A DNA stretch of 64,000 bases, taken from contig CAXBME010000018.1 in assembly GCA_963976765.1 (NCBI GenBank), positions 62,001 to 126,000 on the forward strand. Reading direction: 5' to 3'. The notes under the pieces were generated by a model. That model was not told the DNA's origin, made no database searches, and saw nothing but the letters and a program-made list of their open reading frames with translations. Source of the DNA: an uncultured Planctomycetaceae bacterium. Lineage in GTDB: Bacteria > Planctomycetota > Planctomycetia > Planctomycetales > Planctomycetaceae. Numbering within the stretch: position 1 is the first letter of the stretch; each line of letters begins with the position of its first letter. This document shows positions 8,705-18,037 of this stretch, piece by piece. The position numbers and the translations under genes are program-made.

Positions 8705-11700
8705 CTATTTCTTAAACATTGCGTTCGAGCGATCGCCTCGTGACAACAGGTATGCCATCAGGTCGAGCACCTCGTTTTCATTCAGCGTGTTCAACAGACC
8801 TTTGGGCATCATCGACGTTTTCGACGGCATCATCACGTCGATCTGTTTTCGGTCGACGCCGACTAATGCTCCCGGGTCGAGCATGTTGGTCTGAATGCGG
8901 TACGAGTCACCGGCCAGATTAATGATGCGTCCGGTCACAACTTTTCCATCGAGCGTCACAATCTGAACGGCGCCGTACTGGTCACTAATCTGCTTGCTCG
9001 GTTCAACGACCGATTCAAGAATATCTCGCGCACTGAAACGCCCTGACAACTGAGTCAGGTCCGGGCCAACTGCTCCCCCTTGGTTGTCGAACCGATGGCA
9101 GGCAAAACACGCCGCCGCTCCAAAAAGCTGCCGACCTTTGTCAAAATCACGATTCTTCAGCCCGGTCTGCACGAGTGGGACAAGCTGCTGCATCGTCCAC
9201 TCCTGGACAAACTTGCGAGGTTTCGCAGTAAATGTCGGAGCGTCGTTGGCCGGCTTTGCATCCAGAATCGGCTTGAGCCGTGCTTTCTCGGCATCGCTCA
9301 ATGTCGCGATAGCTTCCGTTCGGATGTTGCTGATGAACGTCTCGAAACTGGCGCCGCCTCGATAAGTCGACGCCTGGACGAACCAGCGAAAGTACCGCTC
9401 TCGAAGCTCGTCATCCCAGCCTGTTTTCAGTTGTCGCAACATCGCTGCAAAACGAATCTGCTCTTCCTGAGTCGGCGAGTTCTCCAAAGCGTCGACCAGA
9501 GCAGCCGCTGCGTACGGAGCCTGCAGATAGACCATCAACTGCCCGATTTCGACGTCAAGATCGGCAGCTCCGGTTGGAAAATCTGCTCCACCACGACCGA
9601 CGATGTCAGCTCGCTCTTCGGCATCCGGCGGGCCAATTCGCAGGAAGGTCAACGTAAGCACACGCATGACCTGGATCTTCTGATCAACCGAAAGGTTCGC
9701 CCAGTGCAAACGATCGAGAGCTTTCAGAATTCCGCGTCGAACGGTCGCCCCCTTCGAAGACGCCGACGCTGGCCAGGCAGGAATCGGAGTGTCGATATCC
9801 GGTTCTTTTCCGTTGTCTTCCCGCTCAAACTTCCGAGCCATTGCCATCAACGCGGTCACTAACGCTTGAGGATCTTTTTCGGCCAGCGCTCGATCTTGCC
9901 ACTCGTCCAGCGGACGATGTTCGATCGCCACCCGAGCGGCATACCGAACGAACCGATCCGAAGAACCGAGATGAGGCCACGCCACTTCCACAGCGTCTGG
10001 ATGATCACCCGCGTGCAGCGCTTCCAGCTTCTGGCGAGTCGTCCGGGCATCCGCCTGCTGCGTGTTTTGACCACTGGCTGGAGCCGTCGATTCAGCACCG
10101 GAGTACGTCACTTTGTACAACCCCGACTGAACGCGCCGACCACCGATCAGGAAGTACATCGCTCCGTCGTGAGGATTAATGATCGCATCGGTCAGTGGCA
10201 ACGGCGTTCCCGTGATGAACTCTTCGAGCGTGCCACCGTACGTCGATCCTTTCGGAGCCATGTGTACGGCGTAGAGTTTTCCATAGCTCCAGTCGCAGGC
10301 AAACAACGCGTTCTGATACTTCGCCGGAAACTTCGCGCCGTATCCGAAAGTGACTCCGGTCGGCGATCCCGGTCCGATGTCGACGACGGGCGGAACGCTG
10401 TCAGGATAGTAAGTCGGCCACTTTCCGCCGCCGCTTCGCCAACCAAATTCCGCACCGCTGACAACATGACAAATCCGAGTTGGTCGGTACCAGGGAAGAT
10501 TGAAATCCCACTCCATATCCGCGTCGTAAGCAAACAGTTCTCCATCGGCGTTATAGGCACCGTCGAATTCGTTGCGGAAGCCGGTCGCCATCAGCTCCCA
10601 GTTTTTTCCGTCTGGATCAACTCGACAGATGAAACCACCAGGAGCCCGCTTGCCTCGCATGAATCGTCCCTGCACGCGAGGCAGCAGCAGGTCTTCGTCC
10701 CAAGTCTGCGGAACTCGGCTTGAGCTGACTTCCGGCAGCATGGTTCCGTTCCCACAAATGATGACGAGCGATTTTCCGTCCGGATGCGGCAACACGGCGT
10801 GCGGACCGTGCTCACCGCCGCCTTGTAATTCGCGCAGAGTTTCAACCGAATCCAACTGATCGTCGCCGTCCGTATCGCGAACGCGATACAAGCCTGAGGC
10901 ATACTTCTGACCGCGGTTCACGCTGACGTACAGACTGTCGAACGCCCAAAGCAACCCCTGAGCTTCACCAATGTCGACGTTCACCTTATCAACGACCAGT
11001 TCTGTCGCGCCAAGAATTCCTGGAGGCGTTACTCGATAAAGCGATCCGTACTGGTCCGAGACGATCAGCCGTCCTTTCGGATCATGGCACATGTTGACCC
11101 AGGATCCGTCCTCGTCCTTCGGCACCGAGTAAAGCAGCTCGACCTCAAAGCCCTTCGCCACTTTCAGCATGTCAATCGGAGTTGCCGTTGGTTCTTTCAG
11201 CGGAGCGGCAGCGGCCAGCGTTGCTTCCGTAATCGCCTTCGCCCAGGGACCGCCACCAATCGATGCGACTATCTCTGGTTTTCCCCACGGCTTCGCGGGT
11301 TTGAAGTCAATCGTCTTCCAACCTTTCTCTGGCGTCTTCGCCGCCTGCCACGATTCGTCCGTCACGATCGACCAGGCATCGCGCCAGCCGGATTCCAGAT
11401 CAAGCTTCACCAGCAGACCGGCGGCACTCTGCCCGTTGTGAGCTTCTACAGCAATCACATGCCGCTTCTGCGGCGAGTCCAGATCCATGTGTTTCGAAAC
11501 ATCGACGAAGACCGGCGTCTGCCATGTACCGTGCTCTCGGACCAGCTCGCCATCGACGTAAATCTTCATCGAATCGTCGCACGCCGCGTACAGCCGAGCC
11601 GCTCCGACACCGCCGGAATCAACTTCCTTGCGGAAATAAACCGACTTCGCTGGCTCGTCACCTTCAGCCAGCCAGATCCAGTTCGGCTTCGCAGCTTCCG

Positions 11701-12490
11701 GGCGAGTCTTCGCCGCTTTCGCAGCAGCCTTGCCCTTTATTTTTTTCGCTGGTTCCGGCTTCGTCGTGCTTTTCCTGACGGATGACTTCGCAGCCTGTGC
11801 GACAGCCTCAAATTTCTTCAGCCGAACATTCCGGAACTGAGCTTTCATCGCCTCGCCACGATGAACCTGGAAAGCGATCACACCTTCCATTTCCCGTTCG
11901 GATTCCTGGTCGTCGATAATGTCGGCCGCAACCTTGCCGTCGAGTTTGTGAATCAGGCGGTTACCACGCGCGATGATCGTCAGCTCGTGCCACTTCGTCA
12001 GATCAACAGCCTCGAACTCTCCGTCCAGGTTCGTCGCATCCTTCTTTCCATCCTTGGCGACGACAACCTTCTGACCGCGTTTCGCGACGATGCCGCGACC
12101 TTTCTCGTCATACATCATCCCGGTGAATTCGGCCTTTGGATGAATGTCCGCCTGGTAGCCAACAACGACCCAGTCACCGCGAGTCTTGTCGTGTTTCGAA
12201 CGGTACTGCACGCCCGAGTTGTTGTTGCCTTCGAGCCGGAATTCGCAGCGAAACTCGAAGTCCGCAGCAACGCCGTCCCAGATCAGAAACTTGTTGTATT
12301 CGAGGTGATCTTTCCCTTTGGTCTTCCCCGTGATGCAGCCATCTTCGACCGACCACAGCTCAGAATCACCTTTCCAGCCGGTCAGGTCTTTGCCGTTAAA
12401 CAGACTGACAAACCCGTCATCCGCTTTCTCATCAGCACGCAGCGGGACAACGATCAACAACACGATCAAAAAGGCAACTCGTCTCAGCAC
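8705..12490 (-). CDS. PVC-type heme-binding CxxCH membrane-bound dehydrogenase-like protein with N-terminal DUF1080 (3-keto-disaccharide hydrolase-like) domain
   Basis: Signal peptide; [11 protein letters not shown]...NSGVQYR...IAFQVH (DUF1080); GEHGPHA, GFRN, DADMEWD, GPGSPTG propeller; C-terminal CFACH and GPDLT...S-MPKGLLN. Confidence 0.88.
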   Translation of the reverse strand: MLRRVAFLIVLLIVVPLRADEKADDGFVSLFNGKDLTGWKGDSELWSVEDGCITGKTKGKDHLEYNKFLIWDGVAADFEFRCEFRLEGNNNSGVQYRSKHDKTRGDWVVVGYQADIHPKAEFTGMMYDEKGRGIVAKRGQKVVVAKDGKKDATNLDGEFEAVDLTKWHELTIIARGNRLIHKLDGKVAADIIDDQESEREMEGVIAFQVHRGEAMKAQFRNVRLKKFEAVAQAAKSSVRKSTTKPEPAKKIKGKAAAKAAKTRPEAAKPNWIWLAEGDEPAKSVYFRKEVDSGGVGAARLYAACDDSMKIYVDGELVREHGTWQTPVFVDVSKHMDLDSPQKRHVIAVEAHNGQSAAGLLVKLDLESGWRDAWSIVTDESWQAAKTPEKGWKTIDFKPAKPWGKPEIVASIGGGPWAKAITEATLAAAAPLKEPTATPIDMLKVAKGFEVELLYSVPKDEDGSWVNMCHDPKGRLIVSDQYGSLYRVTPPGILGATELVVDKVNVDIGEAQGLLWAFDSLYVSVNRGQKYASGLYRVRDTDGDDQLDSVETLRELQGGGEHGPHAVLPHPDGKSLVIICGNGTMLPEVSSSRVPQTWDEDLLLPRVQGRFMRGKRAPGGFICRVDPDGKNWELMATGFRNEFDGAYNADGELFAYDADMEWDFNLPWYRPTRICHVVSGAEFGWRSGGGKWPTYYPDSVPPVVDIGPGSPTGVTFGYGAKFPAKYQNALFACDWSYGKLYAVHMAPKGSTYGGTLEEFITGTPLPLTDAIINPHDGAMYFLIGGRRVQSGLYKVTYSGAESTAPASGQNTQQADARTTRQKLEALHAGDHPDAVEVAWPHLGSSDRFVRYAARVAIEHRPLDEWQDRALAEKDPQALVTALMAMARKFEREDNGKEPDIDTPIPAWPASASSKGATVRRGILKALDRLHWANLSVDQKIQVMRVLTLTFLRIGPPDAEERADIVGRGGADFPTGAADLDVEIGQLMVYLQAPYAAAALVDALENSPTQEEQIRFAAMLRQLKTGWDDELRERYFRWFVQASTYRGGASFETFISNIRTEAIATLSDAEKARLKPILDAKPANDAPTFTAKPRKFVQEWTMQQLVPLVQTGLKNRDFDKGRQLFGAAACFACHRFDNQGGAVGPDLTQLSGRFSARDILESVVEPSKQISDQYGAVQIVTLDGKVVTGRIINLAGDSYRIQTNMLDPGALVGVDRKQIDVMMPSKTSMMPKGLLNTLNENEVLDLMAYLLSRGDRSNAMFKK

Positions 12491-12667
12491 GATACAATCC
12501 TCCGCAACAATCCAACTGGCACTTCAAAACAAGCCGCCGATCGTAGCAGAGCCACCTCAATTCGCCATCAACCAGCCAATTCGCCACCAACCAGTCGCCA
12601 CAAAGAAACGCGACATACTGTGCAATCGCGAAAATTACGCAGCAATGTGCGGCGAAGACAGGCAGAG

Positions 12668-13021
12668 CTATCCGCCAGCAACCAATTGACAGTCTCGAAA
12701 AACAATTTGAAGCATGGGAAGGCTGCGGTCATCAAGCAGGGTCAATTGCCGCAGTGATTTGTTTGCATCCATTAGCTCTGCGCAATCAGCGCGTGTGAGG
12801 AAGTCACGAGCATTTTGAATTTCTCGCGAATCATCGCTCACAATCCAGTCTTCGATTCGCCTGAGATAAAAATGCTCAAGGAAGACCACGCCGAAAAAAC
12901 GGAGCTGAAAGCAGGCCTCGTCCAACTCTGAAAATGTCATCTCAACGCTGCCACTGAGAGTCTGAATTCGAGTCACGTGGGTGTCGAGAAACCCAAGGTT
13001 TTCAAAAAGATCGTACGCCAT
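12668..13021 (-). CDS. Hypothetical protein, divergent from the methyltransferase
   Basis: ATG at 13021 preceded by GGAGG on the minus strand; 117 aa MAYDLFENLGFLDTHV...; no motif recognised. Confidence 0.6.
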   Translation of the reverse strand: MAYDLFENLGFLDTHVTRIQTLSGSVEMTFSELDEACFQLRFFGVVFLEHFYLRRIEDWIVSDDSREIQNARDFLTRADCAELMDANKSLRQLTLLDDRSLPMLQIVFRDCQLVAGG

Positions 13022-13037
13022 CTCAATTGCCTCCGCA

Positions 13038-13086
13038 TTGACCCTCTGGGACAAAACGCTAGCATGCTAGCGTTTTGTCCCAGAGG
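13038..13086 (+). promoter_or_regulatory. Putative sigma70 promoter overlapping a perfect 44-bp palindrome (candidate operator)
   Basis: TTGACC (13038-43), 16-bp spacer, TAGCAT (13060-65); palindrome CCTCTGGGACAAAACGCTAGCA|TGCTAGCGTTTTGTCCCAGAGG at 13043-13086; ATG at 13095. Confidence 0.7.
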
Positions 13087-13094
13087 AACCTCCG

Positions 13095-14324
13095 ATGCCC
13101 AAAGACCTGCACATTCGAAATGTTCCAGACCTGGTTCGCACAAAGATACGACGCGAGGCCAGCCGCCTGCCGGTAAGTCAGAATACCTACCTTTTGACCG
13201 TTCTTTCCGAAGCCGTCGAGAGCCAGAAAGGCCCAAGCCTGTTCGATCGGATTAGCGACGAACTCACAGGAAAGGATACGCCCAGCCAGTACAACGTCAA
13301 CTATTCGGTACCATTTACATTTGTCGATTTATTTTCAGGCATCGGCGGAATGCGACTAGGACTGGAAGCCGTTGGTGGAAAGTGCAAATTCTCATGCGAG
13401 GTTGACCCCTACGCACAAAAAACTTACCTCGCGTGGTTTGGCGAGAACCCAGCGGGCGATGTCACAAAACTGATTGATGCCCAGGACATTCCGCCACACG
13501 ATATCCTCGCAGCGGGCTTTCCATGTCAGCCGTTCTCACTTGCCGGCGTATCAAAGAAGAATAGTCTTGGCCGAGAGCATGGATTCAAAGACCGAACGCA
13601 GGGGACTTTGTTCTTCCACCTCGCCACCATTATCGAGCTTCACCGTCCCCCAGTGGTCCTGCTGGAGAACGTCAAGAATCTGCGATCACACAACAAGGGG
13701 GACACTTGGAAAACGATCCTTGGAACTCTGGATGACCTCGATTATGAAGTCTTCAGCGAAGTGATTGACGCATCTGCTTGGGTTCCGCAACATCGTGAGC
13801 GGGTTTTGATCGTCTGCTTTGACCGTCGCGTTTTTGGCAATTCGCCACCATTCGAATTTCCAGATCCGCCGTCTGGACCACAACCGCAACTTCAGGAGAT
13901 CCTGGAAGAAGCACCAGATGCGAAGTACACGTTAACTGACCATCTTTGGCAGTACCTCCAAGACTACGCGGAACGTCACAGAAAGAAGGGCAATGGATTC
14001 GGATGCAGCGTCGCCGATCTTGACGGAATAACCAGGACTCTGAGCGCACGATACTATAAAGATGGGTCCGAAGTACTGATTCCAAGAGGAGAAGGGAAGA
14101 ATCCGCGGCGTCTCACACCGCGTGAGGCCGGACGTCTGATGGGATTTCCCGAACATCTACTCGATAAGCAGGTGGTGTCTGACACACAAGCATACAAACA
14201 GTTTGGAAATGCTGTCGTCCCAAAAGTTGTCGAGGCAGTTGCTCGACAGATTGTTAAGGTAATGCAATGGCATCTTGTCGGCAAAAACGGCTGCCTGATC
14301 AAGAAACAAGGCCGCCGCCGATGA
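13095..14324 (+). CDS. dcm: DNA (cytosine-5) methyltransferase, Dcm/M.EcoRII-like, with N-terminal RHH-like extension
   Basis: Motif I DLFSGIGG, motif IV GFPCQPFSLAGVSKKNSLGREHGF (close to E. coli Dcm), ENVKNL, PQHRER, TLSARYYKDG, RRLTPRE, YKQFGNAV. Confidence 0.92.
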   Translation: MPKDLHIRNVPDLVRTKIRREASRLPVSQNTYLLTVLSEAVESQKGPSLFDRISDELTGKDTPSQYNVNYSVPFTFVDLFSGIGGMRLGLEAVGGKCKFSCEVDPYAQKTYLAWFGENPAGDVTKLIDAQDIPPHDILAAGFPCQPFSLAGVSKKNSLGREHGFKDRTQGTLFFHLATIIELHRPPVVLLENVKNLRSHNKGDTWKTILGTLDDLDYEVFSEVIDASAWVPQHRERVLIVCFDRRVFGNSPPFEFPDPPSGPQPQLQEILEEAPDAKYTLTDHLWQYLQDYAERHRKKGNGFGCSVADLDGITRTLSARYYKDGSEVLIPRGEGKNPRRLTPREAGRLMGFPEHLLDKQVVSDTQAYKQFGNAVVPKVVEAVARQIVKVMQWHLVGKNGCLIKKQGRRR

Positions 14325-15487
14325 GTACCCCGATCGCCGAACGAGCGGTTACCGACTGTAGAAAAGTTGGGAAAGCATTACTTAAGTTTTTGTCGACCAA
14401 TGACGTCCCCCGTCCGCAGAGTCATCAATTTGGCCCATACTTGCCAAAGCAGGCATGGCAGTTCTTCACACCTCACGCGCCGACAAAGGGTGTGAATTTG
14501 AAATCGTGGCCTGAAATTCTGTGGCCCGATGGAAGAACGACCAAATCGTGTATTACGTGGTATGGGAAAGCCAAAACAGAATACCGACTGACACGGTTTG
14601 GGCGTGACTTTCCATTCTTGACGACGGACCAGATTGGTTCACTTCTTGTCCTGATTCCCGAATCGCATGAGCGATTCATCGCGTACGTCTTTGACCGTGA
14701 AGATGAAATCGAAGAACTATTCGTCGGACTTGGCGTAGAAGTCGTTGAAGACTGGGGGTGTATTTTTGATGTCGAATATCCTGCTCCCATAGAGTCAGCC
14801 GAGAACTGCCTCGCACGTCAGTTTCGGAAATACGCAAACAATCTAATTGCGTTCCCAAGAACAACGGATATCTCCCTCGCCGCAGCGAATGCCGTTAAGC
14901 ATTGCAATGCAACCTTCCGATCGTTGTCGGTCGATGAACAACTTATGACTCTGGTGCAAGCAGAATATCAGTTGTTCCAATTGGTCGAGCGAGTGTTTTG
15001 CAAAAACGAAGTTCAGCGACTCTTCAAATCTGTCGACGACTTTCTCGGAACAGCGCTATCGATTCTTAATCGCCGAAAAGTTCGGGCAGGACGAGCATTG
15101 GAGAATCATTTTGAATATTTAATGACAGTCGCAGGTCTAAACGTTGAAGTCAGGCCGAAAATCGATGGTCAGCCAGATGTCATCGTGCCAAGTCGTGAAG
15201 CTTACGATGATCCAGCATTCCCGTCGGAAAAGCTGGCCGCGATTGGGCTGAAAACAACTTGCAAGGATCGCTGGCGTCAAATTCTGAATGAAGCCCAACG
15301 TGCCAACCGTCGATTCCTTGTTACGTTACAACAGGGCATCTCGACAAAGCAACTTGACGAGATGGAAGCCGCAAACGTCACCATCGTCGTCCCCAAGCCC
15401 CTGCATCGTTTCTATGCGAAGGACGACCGATCACGCCTAACAACCATCAAGTCGCTGTTTGACTTTCTACGAAAACAGCAGCACTGA
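14321..15487 (+). CDS. EcoRII-family type II restriction endonuclease
   Basis: ATG overlaps the MTase stop (ATGA). N-terminal KFLSTND..SHQFGPYLP..EYRLTRFG effector-like domain; C-terminal NRRKVRAGRALENH, PD, KTTCKDRWRQILNEA as in EcoRII-C. Confidence 0.88.
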   Translation: MSTPIAERAVTDCRKVGKALLKFLSTNDVPRPQSHQFGPYLPKQAWQFFTPHAPTKGVNLKSWPEILWPDGRTTKSCITWYGKAKTEYRLTRFGRDFPFLTTDQIGSLLVLIPESHERFIAYVFDREDEIEELFVGLGVEVVEDWGCIFDVEYPAPIESAENCLARQFRKYANNLIAFPRTTDISLAAANAVKHCNATFRSLSVDEQLMTLVQAEYQLFQLVERVFCKNEVQRLFKSVDDFLGTALSILNRRKVRAGRALENHFEYLMTVAGLNVEVRPKIDGQPDVIVPSREAYDDPAFPSEKLAAIGLKTTCKDRWRQILNEAQRANRRFLVTLQQGISTKQLDEMEAANVTIVVPKPLHRFYAKDDRSRLTTIKSLFDFLRKQQH

Positions 15488-15564
15488 AAATTTCTTCGAC
15501 GGGACCAACCAGCACAGCGTTACAAATCGTCCGACGCATCTGAAGATTTCGGCCGGTTGATTGC

Positions 15565-17763
15565 TCAAGTCGTCGAACTGCGGACCATGTCGAGGAGTGG
15601 GGCGAACCAGGATTCGTAGCGGGTCATGACGGCGCCGGGGATAGTCAGGGTGAGGGGTTGCGGGGCGGAAGAACTGGGTTCTGAAATCATCGTCCACTGG
15701 CCACCGGAGAGACGGCAGTCGTCGATCAATCGACCGTCGATGCGGGAAATGGAGTGGCCGGTGAGTGTCCCGGTGAGGGACCAGCGAGCTTCGTCGTCGG
15801 GGATCAGCAGCAGCCTGGATGTCAGGCCGACGAGGATTGCGGCGGATGAACTCGGGAGCGAGTTCCCGCCAGCGTCCACTTTCACACTGCCGTAAACGAA
15901 CTGCGGAACTTCATCGTCGTTCAACAGGCTGACCAACCGGCGAGCAGCGGCGGGGCTCAGTTTTGACGAAGGAGCGTCTTTCGGCAGGCGGTCCGCGACG
16001 AATGAGCAATACTTCTGGTCGAGCTTCTTCTTGATCGACTTCACATCGGCGCCAAAGTAGGCAGCCGTTTCTATCACGAATTCATCCGGCTGCAGATCGA
16101 ACGGTGAGACTTCGACGGCAAGGTGAACCAGATCGTTTAAATATGCTGTCAGCGCTGGACTGTCCGGGTCGATGTCGGGCGGTTCGAAGAGTTGCGGCGG
16201 ATCGTCTTCGAGCTGTTCAAGCTGTTTGCTCAATGCTTCAGCCTCGGCAGACTTTGCCGTTTCGAGCAGCGGCATGAAGGCTGCCAGTTCCCGGACCGGA
16301 CGCCCCTTGACGGCGGCGACGAAACCAGCCAGCGACTCGATCGCCGCCGCCGGTTCGCTGCCACCAGTCGAGGCATTGCCCAGAGACTTTGCGTCGCCCT
16401 TCTCCGGCTGAGCGATCTCCAGCGGGATCCCCAGGCGTTCTTCGACTCCTTCCCGCCATTCTCCCAGACGCTTCTTCGTTCGTCCGTGAATGAAATCTCC
16501 GTAGAATTTTTCAAGCCGTCGCGAAATATCCTGTCGCTGTTCGGCTGGCAACACGTCGCGAGCGTTGACCAGCGGGGCGGCTGCGCGATGAGCCGACAGG
16601 CATCGATACAGAAACATCCGGTCGTACTCGTTTCTGAGCGACAGTTTGCCGACTTCGCGCAGAGCGTGAGCGAGATTTTCCCGTGACACCGGATAACGGC
16701 TCATCAGATTGGTCAGTTCAGAACCGAACACCCAGTCCGGACTGCGATGTCTGAAGTCGCCGCTGAACACACTGGCCACTTCGAACCCGACGATCCTCAC
16801 CACATCGCCAATCAACGCCACCGCCTGCTGATCGACAATCTTTTTGCCGATCGCTTTCGCTCCGCGTTTGCCAAGCTCCGTCAACGCCCAGCTGACACCC
16901 ATCGTCAACGGAGAGGCCCCCGCCAGATAGCGGCCCACATACAAAGCTCTGCCGACATGCGTGAGGTACGGTTCCGCAGCGGAATAAGTATCCCACGCTT
17001 TGATCGCGTTTCTGATGTAGGAGTGCAGCGTCGACAGAGTTTCTTCGTGCAGATTCAGCGGCAGCCGATCCAGCACAATCAGCAGGTGCAGACACGCCCG
17101 GCTTCCGGCTCGGAGCATCTGATCGACGCTGGTCTCCATCAACGGATTGTCAATGCCTGGCCGGTAAACCTTCGCGACGCGAGTCACCAGGTCGAACACC
17201 TGATCCCGCACCAGTTCCGGATTCAGTTTGCCGGACGGGTTGTAATAGCCTTCCTTGAGCCGCGAATAAACAAGCTTCGCTTCGTCGTCGAGGATCTCGA
17301 TCACCCGCTGATCCTGCTCGACCAGCAACGCCGGCGCGGTCTTTGCGTCGCCTGACTCGCCGCCCGGCTGCGGGTACTCGTTCCACTCCTGAAACTGCAC
17401 GAGCCGATCGGCCAGAGTAACCTCGCGCGAGTTGAGTTGCTCGGCACGCTGGTCAAGCTGCCGCTCGATTTCTAACTTCAACCGCTCCAGTTCGGCACGT
17501 TCCAGCGCGACCTTTTCGCGTTCGACTTCCAGCTTCATGCCGTCGGTCAGTTCGCCACTCTCCGAGCAGCCGTCAACAGCCGGATGCTTCAGGAAAAAGT
17601 GAAGCAGGACCAGAGCCAGCAGCCCGCCCGCAAACGGTCCGACTTCGTACAGAGAGAACTCCACCGACGTCCCGCCGCCCGCCGCGACAAATTTACCAGC
17701 AGCCAGCAAAACGCCGCCGCCGGCCCACAGCACCGCCAGCTTCAGAAATCGAATGTCAGCCAC
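15565..17763 (-). CDS. Large hypothetical membrane-anchored protein with coiled coil
   Basis: 732-aa ORF, two N-terminal hydrophobic segments, E/R/L-rich coiled coil, host-like codon usage. Confidence 0.75.
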   Translation of the reverse strand: MADIRFLKLAVLWAGGGVLLAAGKFVAAGGGTSVEFSLYEVGPFAGGLLALVLLHFFLKHPAVDGCSESGELTDGMKLEVEREKVALERAELERLKLEIERQLDQRAEQLNSREVTLADRLVQFQEWNEYPQPGGESGDAKTAPALLVEQDQRVIEILDDEAKLVYSRLKEGYYNPSGKLNPELVRDQVFDLVTRVAKVYRPGIDNPLMETSVDQMLRAGSRACLHLLIVLDRLPLNLHEETLSTLHSYIRNAIKAWDTYSAAEPYLTHVGRALYVGRYLAGASPLTMGVSWALTELGKRGAKAIGKKIVDQQAVALIGDVVRIVGFEVASVFSGDFRHRSPDWVFGSELTNLMSRYPVSRENLAHALREVGKLSLRNEYDRMFLYRCLSAHRAAAPLVNARDVLPAEQRQDISRRLEKFYGDFIHGRTKKRLGEWREGVEERLGIPLEIAQPEKGDAKSLGNASTGGSEPAAAIESLAGFVAAVKGRPVRELAAFMPLLETAKSAEAEALSKQLEQLEDDPPQLFEPPDIDPDSPALTAYLNDLVHLAVEVSPFDLQPDEFVIETAAYFGADVKSIKKKLDQKYCSFVADRLPKDAPSSKLSPAAARRLVSLLNDDEVPQFVYGSVKVDAGGNSLPSSSAAILVGLTSRLLLIPDDEARWSLTGTLTGHSISRIDGRLIDDCRLSGGQWTMISEPSSSAPQPLTLTIPGAVMTRYESWFAPLLDMVRSSTT

Positions 17764-17986
17764 GAGGATCGCTCCCGCCCTGGAAATCGTCAGTTACCGG
17801 CTTCGCCAAACCTGAATGACGAGTGCATCAATGATCGAAAATCTTTACAAGCCGCAGTGTAACGGCCCAACACATTTTCGGATGACCGCTCAATGAAAAC
17901 CGGCAGAAGTTCTGTCCGCCAATTCAGCCAAATCCCATAGAAAACGCTCACCGGCCATAGAAGCATCATCCGACAATCTCGTAAAA

Positions 17987-18009
17987 GTGTGCCACTGGCT
18001 TTACCAGTG
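17987..18009. repeat. REP-like palindrome (single copy)
   Basis: GTGTGCCACTGGCTTTACCAGTG, one mismatch to the copy at 25117-25139. Confidence 0.6.
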
Positions 18010-18037
18010 TTTCAGAACAGGCAGGAAGAATTCGTCG

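Noticed and set aside
12973..13255. Two opposite-strand ORFs sharing the peptide PLGQNASMLAFCPRG
   Set aside because: Trivial consequence of the 44-bp DNA palindrome, not a gene duplication
14267..14320. Longer N-terminus for the restriction endonuclease (track start 14267)
   Set aside because: Overlaps the MTase; the ATGA-coupled start at 14321 is more parsimonious
17987..18037. N-terminal MCHWLYQC extension of the maltokinase
   Set aside because: It is the translation of a REP-like repeat; the true start is likely 18038
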